Both the position numbers and the translations under genes were made by a program. This document shows, in pieces, positions 55,688 to 64,000 of a DNA stretch of 64,000 nucleotides; positions within the stretch are counted from its first letter, which is position 1; the number at the start of each line of letters is the position of its first letter. Below the pieces are notes generated by a model. It was not told the origin of the DNA and did not search any database. It was given only the letters and a program-made list of their open reading frames with translations. The stretch comes from a virus. Where the stretch lies: positions 32,001 to 96,000 of IMG/VR virus record IMGVR_UViG_3300036766_002288, one strand, 5' to 3'.

Positions 55688-55912
55688 ATGAGATTTTTCG
55701 AAGTATTAGATTTGATGCAAGGTGATTACCAAGTCTATGGAATAGACACTTTAGGCGGTCACAAATTCATCTGGGGTGGAAATGATATCAACCAAGCCAA
55801 GCGAATTGCGTGGGACAATAAGAACAAATATTACGACACCACGATCAAATATAGGGGTAAAGAACTCCCAAAAGCTGGCAAATTAACTCCTAAACTACCT
55901 TACAATTATTAA
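55688..55912 (+). CDS. small hypothetical protein
   Basis: ORF track; divergent from 55667. Confidence 0.6.
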   Translation: MRFFEVLDLMQGDYQVYGIDTLGGHKFIWGGNDINQAKRIAWDNKNKYYDTTIKYRGKELPKAGKLTPKLPYNY

Positions 55913-56555
55913 GAAAGTTAGCTACAGAACCAGTTGGCACACTATCTATACGCTTAGCTGGCGAGCCTATATAAACACCTTTTTCTGACAAATCTGCTGT
56001 CACTAAAGCATTAGCCCCAATAATTATGTTATTCCCGATAGTAATATCGTCTTTAATCACACAGCCAGCACCAAAAAAGTTTGAATTGCCTATTTTACAG
56101 TTACCACAAATAATAGCACCTGGACCGACATGATTGTACGAACCTAGCATAGTGTGGTGGCCAATTGACGCATTGCGATTGATGTAGTTAAAGTCTCCAA
56201 GATTTGCTTTGGCTGCTACGGTAGAATGTGGCCCAAAATAGTTCCCAAAACCCACTCCAACATTCATGCATACCCAAGAACGAGCATGGGTCAAATTATT
56301 AAAGTGTTTGGGTTCTTTCCCAATCTGTCCCAAAAACTTAGACTTATTTGGGTCAACGAACCCAAATATTCTTTTTTCAAATTCGTAAGAAATTGGCATA
56401 GCCAAATATTTTTTAACAGTTATTGGTTTAGAATAACCAAAATCGACTTTACTCTTTTGGTTTAGAACGATTTGTCCTAAGCTTTCTTCATTGGAGCTAA
56501 TAGCATCAATAATATCCCAAACTAAGTCTCCAGCACCAAATATGGTCCATGACAT
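55890..56555 (-). CDS. sugar O/N-acetyltransferase (NeuD/PglD-like, hexapeptide repeats)
   Basis: IFGAG start; LbH repeats IGNSNFFGAG/IGNNIIIGANALV; GVYIGSPAK. Confidence 0.85.
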   Translation of the reverse strand: MSWTIFGAGDLVWDIIDAISSNEESLGQIVLNQKSKVDFGYSKPITVKKYLAMPISYEFEKRIFGFVDPNKSKFLGQIGKEPKHFNNLTHARSWVCMNVGVGFGNYFGPHSTVAAKANLGDFNYINRNASIGHHTMLGSYNHVGPGAIICGNCKIGNSNFFGAGCVIKDDITIGNNIIIGANALVTADLSEKGVYIGSPAKRIDSVPTGSVANFLNNCKVV

Positions 56556-56568
56556 GGATAAATACCTT

Positions 56569-57213
56569 ATGTTTTGTGTAATAACACCTGTTTTTGATGG
56601 TTGTGCTGAATCTGTAAATCTCTTAATTCAGGATTTACTGAGACAGACCTTCCCTAATTTCCAACAAGTGTTAATTAGCAACGGTCCTTCGCCAAGAATA
56701 AAAGAATTAGTAGAAAAAGTCAATGATAATAGATTCATTTACAAAGAATATTATCCACAAGAAGATACATCAACACCGCCTAAACTAATCGAGAATATAG
56801 GTAAAAGAAGAAATCAGTGTATGAGCAGTTTTGATGCAGACAGATACTTCTTTTTCGACGCTGATTTAAAGATATTAGATGAGGATTTCTTTAACAAGAC
56901 CAGCAAAGTTCATGATAAGGCAGACATACTTATAAGTAAAATCATATGTTATGGCAGAATATTGCCAGAAATGCCTATTAAAAAAGGACACATTGACTTG
57001 GCAAATTATTCATTTTCTAGAAAAATAGCTCAAAAATATAGTTATCCAACGGTATACGAACAGGCAACTGATATCTCATTTGATTGGCGGTTCTACACAA
57101 AGATAAAAAACGAAGGGAATTACTTCACTGATATTTTGTATGCCCACAAAGACGGACATAATAGCTATCAGAACCTTAGTTTGTTATACATAAAATGGGT
57201 AAACACTAGATAG
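56569..57213 (+). CDS. glycosyltransferase family 2
   Basis: VITPVFD...LISNGP...FFFDAD (DxD); ATAAATA 4 nt before ATG 56569. Confidence 0.75.
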   Translation: MFCVITPVFDGCAESVNLLIQDLLRQTFPNFQQVLISNGPSPRIKELVEKVNDNRFIYKEYYPQEDTSTPPKLIENIGKRRNQCMSSFDADRYFFFDADLKILDEDFFNKTSKVHDKADILISKIICYGRILPEMPIKKGHIDLANYSFSRKIAQKYSYPTVYEQATDISFDWRFYTKIKNEGNYFTDILYAHKDGHNSYQNLSLLYIKWVNTR

Positions 57214-57523
57214 GCCATCTAACTAAGTAAAGATTAAACAGCCAGTCGATCATGGCTGTATAGTAAACAACTACACCCAGGAACATAATATAAACACAAT
57301 AATCACTTTCTTTATAATGATAGCAGACAATAAATGACGTGTAGACAACTACTCTACTAACCCAAACGGCGGTATATATACCAAACACTTTGATGCAATA
57401 TGACATCAATGGGAAAGTTTCATTTTCCCATTGATTTCCAATGTAACGTGTGGTAAGCTCCATGTCTATTGTGTGTATTAGGACTAAAAGTAGAAGAAAC
57501 AACCAGAAAAGAAAAGTTTTCAT
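57206..57523 (-). CDS. membrane protein (DUF5658-like)
   Basis: IDMELT...E.FPLM pattern with hydrophobic helices. Confidence 0.55.
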   Translation of the reverse strand: MKTFLFWLFLLLLVLIHTIDMELTTRYIGNQWENETFPLMSYCIKVFGIYTAVWVSRVVVYTSFIVCYHYKESDYCVYIMFLGVVVYYTAMIDWLFNLYLVRWPI

Positions 57524-57554
57524 CTCTACTATATAAGGAATAGGAGATAGTAAA

Positions 57555-58491
57555 ATGAATAAGAAAAACAAAAAACCAGAAGTAAATCTTGCAAATCAAG
57601 TCCCCCAATCCTGTCTTTGACAATTCTAATGAAATCATCCTAGAAATTCAGTTTGGAACAGGTGGGGAAGATAGCAAACTTTTCACCTATGACCTGTTCT
57701 CAGCATACGTAAAATACGCAGAACGAAACGGACTAAATGTAGAAATTTTAAATGACGAAAATGGCCACATCGTTGCCCAAGTTAAAGGAACCAACGCTGG
57801 TCAATATTTCAGAAATGAAACAGGTAAACATATAGTCCAACGAGTCCCACCAACAGAGTCTAAAGGACGAAGACAAACCTCCGTCATCTCTGTTGCTGTA
57901 CTACCACTACCACCTGAGAATAAATATAAACCATTACCAGATAACGAGTTAGATATAATTGCTCAATGTGGTAGTGGCCCAGGTGGGCAGCATCAGAATA
58001 AGTCGGCAACGACAATAAGGATGAAGCATTTACCAACAGGGTTATCTGTTCATATAGTAGGAAGGTCGCAATTAGCGAATAAAAAGGAAGCTTTAAAGAT
58101 ATTGACTACGAAGGTCAATGAGAAGTTCATAACTGATGAAACCGAGAAGCATAATTATCTGAGAAGAAAAACCTTGGGGGATGGTGCTAGGGGTGATAAG
58201 ATAAGGACATACAACTTTATTGATTCCAGGGCTACTGACCATAGGTTCAATATAAAAACTGGCAACATTAAAGGGGTAATGCGTGGTGATTTTACCTTGC
58301 TTTACCCTAAAGAAGAAGTTAGAATAGAGCCTAAATTCATGCACATTGCTGATGCCAGATGTTTAGAACTCAGTAAGGGTGATGCGATGACCGAGAACGA
58401 AGAAAAGCATACTGACGTATGTGATTGGTGTTTGGAGTATGTTTTGGATGGCAAAAAACCATCTCATTCTGCGCCTTCAAAAATAAATTAA
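57555..58491 (+). CDS. prfA: class I peptide chain release factor, RF1-type, probably translated via +1 frameshift at 57615-57621
   Basis: RVPPTESKGR (PxT) and GSGPGGQH motifs; SD TAGGAG + ATG 57555 opens 21 codons ending CTT TGA C; main body is in the +1 frame. Confidence 0.85.
57615..57621 (+). promoter_or_regulatory. prfB-type +1 frameshift site CTT-TGA-C
   Basis: identical to the bacterial RF2 shift core; lacks the internal SD. Confidence 0.6.
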
Positions 58492-58509
58492 TATCCCTAA
58501 ATATCTGGT

Positions 58510-58839
58510 ATGATAAATTACTGGATAGAACGAGCAGAAGAAATCATTGAAAAGGAAGTGGTCCTAGTAAAAAACTCAGGAGAGACGAGAATGTGGTTTG
58601 ATAAAATGTTCTCGTCTCTCCCGATTATTTACCCTAACAAAAAGCCATCACGACCAGATGAATTTACGCCTCGAATAGGCTCTGCCAAACATTTAAAACT
58701 GACTCGTTTTGGCATAGAAGCAGTTTTAAAAACACATAGAAAATATCAAAGACTTAATTTCTATGTCCTTCATGATAAGATTAATCAGCCACATGAACCA
58801 TTTTGGGTAATTTTTTACAATGGACAAACTCATATTTGA
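58510..58839 (+). CDS. hypothetical protein
   Basis: ORF track. Confidence 0.6.
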   Translation: MINYWIERAEEIIEKEVVLVKNSGETRMWFDKMFSSLPIIYPNKKPSRPDEFTPRIGSAKHLKLTRFGIEAVLKTHRKYQRLNFYVLHDKINQPHEPFWVIFYNGQTHI

Positions 58840-59350
58840 GTGGTTACAAAGCCACCACACAAGTTTTCTCAATCAAAACATGCTGAACATTACCGCTATG
58901 GGCAGTACCACAATTTTGGTACTACTACTTCTAGCGGGGTTATCATATACTGGATTTATCTTAAAAGATTGGAAACAGGCCCTTTATGGCGGCATTTGCG
59001 TATTGCTTAGTCTTGGCACAGTGGAAATTGGCAAATATGCGATTCAAAGAGAACGACCTATCGCTCATGATAAAGTGATTAGTACGCCCAATTCTCCTAG
59101 TATGCCTAGTGGTCACTCTGCTATGTCTATGTCCGTCTTAGGTATTTTGGCCTTAATGGTGCAGAAGTCAAGATTTTGGGTTATTGTTAGTATATTGGCG
59201 TCTTTGTTGATCGGGTTTAGCAGAATATATTTAGGGGTTCATTGGTTTACGGATGTATTAGTAGGTTGGTTTATTGGCGCAGTTTATTTCTATATATTTT
59301 ACAGTTTGGCCATAAATAATAGGTATGCTAGAGTTCAAGCAATGGATTGA
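58820..59350 (+). CDS. PAP2-family membrane phosphatase
   Basis: KxxxxRERP, PSGH, SRIYLGVHWFTD motifs. Confidence 0.9.
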   Translation: MDKLIFEWLQSHHTSFLNQNMLNITAMGSTTILVLLLLAGLSYTGFILKDWKQALYGGICVLLSLGTVEIGKYAIQRERPIAHDKVISTPNSPSMPSGHSAMSMSVLGILALMVQKSRFWVIVSILASLLIGFSRIYLGVHWFTDVLVGWFIGAVYFYIFYSLAINNRYARVQAMD

Positions 59351-59681
59351 AGCGAATCAAACGCCTATTTGGAAGGCCAAAAAGAAAGAAATAATACCTT
59401 TCTGGAAGGCTTTGCCCAATAATCTGCCATTGATTCCTTATAATGTGGTGCCAAAGGGACACCAAGGTTCCACCCATGCTTACGATGGCATAAGAATCAC
59501 AGGAAGTCGCCAATTTGTAAATTCCGCAATATCAAAACTCAAAGATATGCTAAATTATGAAGGGGATAGGACAAAATTGTACTTGCTTTATCGCCAACAA
59601 GTTGATAAAAATAGTCAGAGTCCTTTACCTAACTCGTTCGTTTTCTATGTCCAGGTTAAAGAGAGAGCAAAGAAACAGTGA
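59325..59681 (+). CDS. hypothetical protein, N-terminus MLEFKQWIEA
   Basis: ORF track; ATAAATA upstream. Confidence 0.7.
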   Translation: MLEFKQWIEANQTPIWKAKKKEIIPFWKALPNNLPLIPYNVVPKGHQGSTHAYDGIRITGSRQFVNSAISKLKDMLNYEGDRTKLYLLYRQQVDKNSQSPLPNSFVFYVQVKERAKKQ

Positions 59682-59890
59682 CTTACGAAAAATTGACAAA
59701 ACTTGAGAGACAGTACAAAGATTGGCTTGCTAAAAAACCATTTTTTGTAAATACCAAAGTTGAAATGTCAGAAGGCAAGAATTGGGCCATCTGGATCAAT
59801 TATAAAAAAGGTATGACCATCGCCACTAAGAAAGAAATAGCTACAGAACTAGGTGATATCCCTTTGAAATTTAACGAAATCAAGGAGTAA
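59678..59890 (+). CDS. small hypothetical protein
   Basis: ORF track. Confidence 0.55.
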   Translation: MTYEKLTKLERQYKDWLAKKPFFVNTKVEMSEGKNWAIWINYKKGMTIATKKEIATELGDIPLKFNEIKE

Positions 59891-59893
59891 GTC

Positions 59894-60121
59894 ATGCAAC
59901 TCGATGCTAAGCTTTCGTCTTATGACATGGACAATCTCATTACAGCAATCACAGCAGACCTGACCAATGGGATTATAACTGCAACCAAAGATAAATGTGC
60001 TATTAAGTACGGCGGTAGTGAAAAACTACCATCGTCCCTACAAACGGCTGTAGAAAGATTGTTGAATGCTGCCTTCAAAGAAGGCTGCAAATGTGGTAAA
60101 GGCGGTTTCTCGCCCTATTGA
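59894..60121 (+). CDS. small hypothetical protein
   Basis: SD AAGGAG; ORF track. Confidence 0.55.
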   Translation: MQLDAKLSSYDMDNLITAITADLTNGIITATKDKCAIKYGGSEKLPSSLQTAVERLLNAAFKEGCKCGKGGFSPY

Positions 60122-60145
60122 CATTCCCGAAAATCGTAGTAAGAT
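60118..60145 (+). promoter_or_regulatory. sigma70-type promoter
   Basis: TTGACA-16nt-TAAGAT, same hexamers and spacing as 34478. Confidence 0.7.
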
Positions 60146-60184
60146 ACCAACAGTGATACTTTCCTTTTTTCTAGGAGAATTCCG

Positions 60185-60406
60185 ATGAATCCCAATTTCT
60201 ATTCGCATCTGTTGAACATGTTTGTTTATGGTTTGAGTGGTATTGCCTTGATGTTTCTAGGGTTTAAGCTACTTGATTGGTGTACTCCCTGGATGCACTT
60301 TAAGACAGAAATTGTTGAAAAGCAAAATATCGCAGTAGGCATTGTAGTCGCTGCACTTATTTTAGGCGTCTCTGCAATTGTTTCGTCAATTCTTTTAGCC
60401 CCTTGA
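60185..60406 (+). CDS. DUF350 (YjfL-like) membrane protein
   Basis: LLDWCTP...EIVEKQNIAVGIVVAALILG. Confidence 0.8.
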   Translation: MNPNFYSHLLNMFVYGLSGIALMFLGFKLLDWCTPWMHFKTEIVEKQNIAVGIVVAALILGVSAIVSSILLAP

Positions 60407-60430
60407 GTTTAACCAAACAGGGGGATTAAA

Positions 60431-60763
60431 ATGAAAACAACTAAATCTATTGCACTAGTTCTAATTTCCTCTGCATTAGTGTTTGGGGGCTGGGGCACTC
60501 CACTTTGTTTTACAAATCGTAGTTCCCCTAGTGGCCAAGTTACTAGCAGTGGTGGAACCTATTACAGCGGCGGCGGTTCAAGCTGGCCTAGCTTCTTCTA
60601 CTTTGGTGGCTGGGGTAGCACCCATAATTATTATGGGGGCAGTAGTTCCCCAAGTAGTTATACACATACTGAAAGCCATAGCAGTAGCTCTGGTGGTGTA
60701 GTTAGCCGTGGCGGATTTGGCGGAACTGGAAGTGGAACAGGTATTGGGGGAGGTGGTGGTTAA
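60431..60763 (+). CDS. Ser/Gly-rich exported protein (YjfM/DUF1190-like position)
   Basis: signal-like N-terminus, C-terminal VSRGGFG motif. Confidence 0.6.
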   Translation: MKTTKSIALVLISSALVFGGWGTPLCFTNRSSPSGQVTSSGGTYYSGGGSSWPSFFYFGGWGSTHNYYGGSSSPSSYTHTESHSSSSGGVVSRGGFGGTGSGTGIGGGGG

Positions 60764-61170
60764 TGTTTAGTATTATACATTGTGACCAGTGTAGCAAGTC
60801 TGGCATGTTTGATATCGCAGTAAAATTCATACTGGAGATTCATTCATGTGAAAAGTGTAGCAATCATAAATCAGAAGAGTGGCAGTACTATTTCTGTAAT
60901 ACTGATTGCTTGATGCGATGGCTTAGAGAAAAAGAGATCGAAAAAGAAGGATTTCCCTGCAAAGATTGTCGTAATCGTGAAGGGGCTTCAACGGGGTGGC
61001 AGTGGGGGTTTGAGGTTAATGGTACTTGCAAGACATGTGACGGTAAAAAGAGAGTGAAAGGTCATAGAAAACAACAATGGGAACATAATCAAGAAGCAGC
61101 GGCCCGAGAAGCGCTCAATTCACTTATTGGCGGCAAAGTGGCGGACAATAGAAATGATGTGGAGATTTAA
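60763..61170 (+). CDS. Cys-rich hypothetical protein
   Basis: multiple CxxC motifs. Confidence 0.6.
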   Translation: MFSIIHCDQCSKSGMFDIAVKFILEIHSCEKCSNHKSEEWQYYFCNTDCLMRWLREKEIEKEGFPCKDCRNREGASTGWQWGFEVNGTCKTCDGKKRVKGHRKQQWEHNQEAAAREALNSLIGGKVADNRNDVEI

Positions 61171-62349
61171 ATGGACAGAATTAAGACTACTCCCCGTAAA
61201 GATTGGCAAAAAACCGTAGAGTCACAGGGACTTTACTACCACACCATTCCGAATCATCAACCTACCTTTAACCCTGCAAATCCAGAAAACACTAACCCTC
61301 AAGAAAAAGACCGTGTTTATTGGGATGAAAGTGCATATTATCAATTCTCTTCCAGAGAAGTCGATGAAATTGAAGAATGCACTTATTGGTTAAACAAAAT
61401 CTGTCTTGAAGCAGTCGATCACATCATAGAAAACAATCTTTTCGACAAAGTTGGTGTGCCCCCTGCATTCGTAGAATGGATTAAGCAAAGTTGGGAAAAC
61501 GACGAACATACCATCTATGGCAGATTCGATCTTTGGTATAACGGCAACGAACCGCCTAAGCTCTTGGAATACAATGCTGATACTCCTACAGGGCTACTTG
61601 AAGCATCAGTCGTGCAATGGCATTGGATGAAGGATACACAAGAGTTTTTCGATCAATATAACAGCATCCATGAAAAATTGATTGAAATCTTCAAGACTCT
61701 GAAGAATGAATGGGAGGGTAGGTTCTACTTTGCCGCCATTGCTCAGAATCTTGAAGATTATATGACAGTGACCTATCTCCGTGATGTAGCAATACAAGCA
61801 GGTTGGGACACTGAATATATCAACATGGAGGACTTAGGTTGGGATAAAACTCGGGAAAGATTCGTTGATGCTAAAGAACGAATGATCTTTAATTGTTTCA
61901 AGTTATATCCTTGGGAATGGATGTTAAAAGAAGAATTCGGTCAGCATTTATTGAAGAACCGTTGTCGTTGGATGGAAGCCCCTTGGAAGACTCTCTTAAG
62001 CAACAAGGGTATTTTGCCAATTCTATCAGACCTTTATCCTAAGAGTGAATACTTGTTGAAAGCTTCGTTTGAACCGCTAAACTGCAAGTATGTCAAGAAG
62101 CCAATTCATGGGAGAGAAGGTGCTAATTTAGAAGTTATTGAAAAGGATAAGACGCTCATCAAGACAGAAGGGCCTTATACTGGACCTGTTGTCTATCAAG
62201 AATATAAACAATTGCCTAATTTTGATGGCAATTATCCAGTAATTGGTAGTTGGATGGTCAATGGCTATGCGTGTGGTATAGGGATTAGGGAAGATGTTAA
62301 TCCAATAACTCAAAACACTAGTAGATTTGTCCCACATGTTTTCTCGTAA
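61171..62349 (+). CDS. glutathionylspermidine synthase family ATP-grasp protein (YgiC/YjfC-like)
   Basis: YGRFDL, LLEYNADTPTGLLEAS, FKLYPWEW, LSNKGIL, KKPIHGREG. Confidence 0.92.
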   Translation: MDRIKTTPRKDWQKTVESQGLYYHTIPNHQPTFNPANPENTNPQEKDRVYWDESAYYQFSSREVDEIEECTYWLNKICLEAVDHIIENNLFDKVGVPPAFVEWIKQSWENDEHTIYGRFDLWYNGNEPPKLLEYNADTPTGLLEASVVQWHWMKDTQEFFDQYNSIHEKLIEIFKTLKNEWEGRFYFAAIAQNLEDYMTVTYLRDVAIQAGWDTEYINMEDLGWDKTRERFVDAKERMIFNCFKLYPWEWMLKEEFGQHLLKNRCRWMEAPWKTLLSNKGILPILSDLYPKSEYLLKASFEPLNCKYVKKPIHGREGANLEVIEKDKTLIKTEGPYTGPVVYQEYKQLPNFDGNYPVIGSWMVNGYACGIGIREDVNPITQNTSRFVPHVFS

Positions 62350-62677
62350 AATAATAGCCATTCTCTATTTGGTAAGTGGTACTAAGTTCTATTTCGAATG
62401 GTTATTGATTACCAATCCAGTTTCCAAAAATCCAGCAATTAAGCTTTTTTGGGGTTGGGCAAAAGAATCCTATACGGCAAAAGACCCAAGTACCAGGCTT
62501 AGATTGGCTTGGGGCTTGGGTCTAGTTCATATGTGGCTAGGAGTAGGCTTTGCTGCAATAGATGGTGGTATTGAACTAACTAACTTACTTGTAAACTTTT
62601 ACCCTATTTTTGTGCAGATTTACATTGGCTATCGCTGCTGGAGTGTTATAATAAGAAAGAAAAAGCGAGTGACGTAA
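62327..62677 (+). CDS. membrane protein
   Basis: hydrophobic helices; N...N.YP..VQ.Y...R pattern. Confidence 0.55.
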   Translation: MSHMFSRKIIAILYLVSGTKFYFEWLLITNPVSKNPAIKLFWGWAKESYTAKDPSTRLRLAWGLGLVHMWLGVGFAAIDGGIELTNLLVNFYPIFVQIYIGYRCWSVIIRKKKRVT

Positions 62678-62697
62678 AAAAACATCACTCGCTTTTT
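62660..62697 (+). terminator. intrinsic terminator
   Basis: AAAAAGCGAGTGA/TCACTCGCTTTTT. Confidence 0.85.
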
Positions 62698-62748
62698 ATA
62701 GGAGGTTAACACTTACTTTCTAACATAGTAAAGGTTTAAAATTAAATT

Positions 62749-63432
62749 ATGATGACTTGCAAATTTACCAAAGATGGCTTTATGTCTGTAAAATGGAACC
62801 CAGCCAAAAAGAGGGAAGATGTATTCAAACCTAAGCATCCAGTAAGTCATATTAACAATATCTGTGAAATTGAAGAAGGTGTAACCCTACGTGACATAAT
62901 GAATTTAGTTGCTAATGATAAAATGCTAACTACATTCGTGTCGCTTTACTCCAGTGTAAACCACATAGAAGAGTTCCATGAAGAATTGAATGTTAAATAT
63001 AACAAAAAAGAAAAAGAATGTGATTACCTTGAAGTCCACAGAGTAGGTGATTTATTTGAAAATGAATTAAATTGTTGGACTGATATCTCTGGGGTAAATA
63101 CCAAAGAAACATGCAAGTATTGTAATGATGAAGCATGGCCAGATCACAAACATTATATATCCTATTCTTATACTCCGCTTTACAAATATGCAATGTTACC
63201 TGTTAAGTTAGACAAAAGATTCACTGTCAGGGATTTCAAAAAGGATAAAATCCTTTTAAACGTAACTCAAGATTTCGCTTTGATTGATATATTACATGCA
63301 ATTTATTTCGATATTTCATTTCATGGTGGACCTAAAGACAGGGATAAGTTCTGCAAGAGCTTGAAAAGACAAGTTAAGAATTTAGACAAAACTAAGACTT
63401 TCCCCCTCGACGACCTATTTAAAAAGGAGTGA
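62749..63432 (+). CDS. hypothetical protein
   Basis: ORF track; C-terminal DISFHGGP..RD. Confidence 0.65.
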   Translation: MMTCKFTKDGFMSVKWNPAKKREDVFKPKHPVSHINNICEIEEGVTLRDIMNLVANDKMLTTFVSLYSSVNHIEEFHEELNVKYNKKEKECDYLEVHRVGDLFENELNCWTDISGVNTKETCKYCNDEAWPDHKHYISYSYTPLYKYAMLPVKLDKRFTVRDFKKDKILLNVTQDFALIDILHAIYFDISFHGGPKDRDKFCKSLKRQVKNLDKTKTFPLDDLFKKE

Positions 63433-63434
63433 AT

Positions 63435-64000
63435 ATGTGTATTTTTAGCGGACACGTAGATTATGTTGGTGATACAAAAATATTTGCAAGAATACAAGAT
63501 GGTATACAACATTTAGTATACCAAATGAGTATGGGAGCGTCTAAAGATGTTGCAATGATTCTCCCATTGCCTGTGTCTTCTCACAAGGAGGACGCTGTTA
63601 AATTTATCAGCCTAGAAGCCTATCCTGAATTTTTCAAAGACGTTGCCAAAAGTTTTGTAAGAGCAACTAAAAGTATTAGCAGAGGTATTGGCTGCGCAAG
63701 TCTGAGGACATTACAAGTGCATGAAGTCGGAGATTTTATTGCATCGTTTGTGCCACATAGAATGAGTTTTCATAGGTTAAATGAAGTTTTTAGATTGCCA
63801 GATAACGCTTGGAGTAATTTACCAGATTATAATGACTATGGATATGCTGTATTCCAATTAAAACCTGACCCAGCCAATGCAAAGCAAGAAGTCCATCCTA
63901 TGGCTTTTAGTTTTCCAAGTCGTTTTGAATCCAAACTGTTCTTCCCCACAGTCCATTTGCATGGTGAAAAATTTCATGAAAAAGAACATTTTGACCACAA
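63435..64000 (+). CDS. conserved hypothetical protein, 3'-truncated by window edge
   Basis: read manually: MCIFSGHV...TKIFAR...AMILPLPV...HPMAFSFP; SD AAGGAG. Confidence 0.7.
   Translation, partial: MCIFSGHVDYVGDTKIFARIQDGIQHLVYQMSMGASKDVAMILPLPVSSHKEDAVKFISLEAYPEFFKDVAKSFVRATKSISRGIGCASLRTLQVHEVGDFIASFVPHRMSFHRLNEVFRLPDNAWSNLPDYNDYGYAVFQLKPDPANAKQEVHPMAFSFPSRFESKLFFPTVHLHGEKFHEKEHFDH

Noticed and set aside
1-64000. Stop-codon reassignment suggested by phage RF1
   Set aside because: Conserved genes are intact and densely packed in code 11, TGA and TAG both end genes, and no suppressor tRNA is clearly present.

Overview
AT-rich, gene-dense segment of a large T4-superfamily-like (jumbo-type) myophage genome read in standard code 11. 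Left part (1-33 kb): Thg1, UDG, neck/tail genes (gp13, gp14, gp15, short sheath, three tube-like paralogues, gp26/gp51-like hub), gp55-like late sigma factor, glycosyltransferases, Holliday junction resolvase, CTP synthase, DNA methyltransferase, papain-like protease, intein-containing class II ribonucleotide reductase and gp46/gp47. Middle (34.5-50 kb): a dispersed array of 16 tRNA/tRNA-like genes, almost exclusively Ser, Leu and Tyr, interleaved with HNH endonucleases and small ORFs. The array is preceded by a sigma70 promoter, a 25-codon Ser/Leu/Tyr-rich leader peptide, alternative RNA hairpins, a strong terminator and a boxA-like site. This looks like a ribosome-sensing transcription attenuator that would switch on phage tRNA synthesis when host Ser/Leu tRNAs run low, and is the top finding. 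Many array members are structurally aberrant (short-arm Leu tRNAs, bulged acceptor stems, anticodon-loop insertions). Right part: a 9xKOW + L7/L12-like giant protein, Gly-rich repeat proteins, an RF1-type release factor apparently expressed through a prfB-style CTT-TGA-C +1 frameshift, a PAP2 phosphatase and a DUF350/GSP-synthase cassette. About nine otherwise unrelated ORFs share a T4 capsid-targeting-like N-terminus. All calls come from motif recognition and manual base-pairing by eye; no database search or folding program was run.
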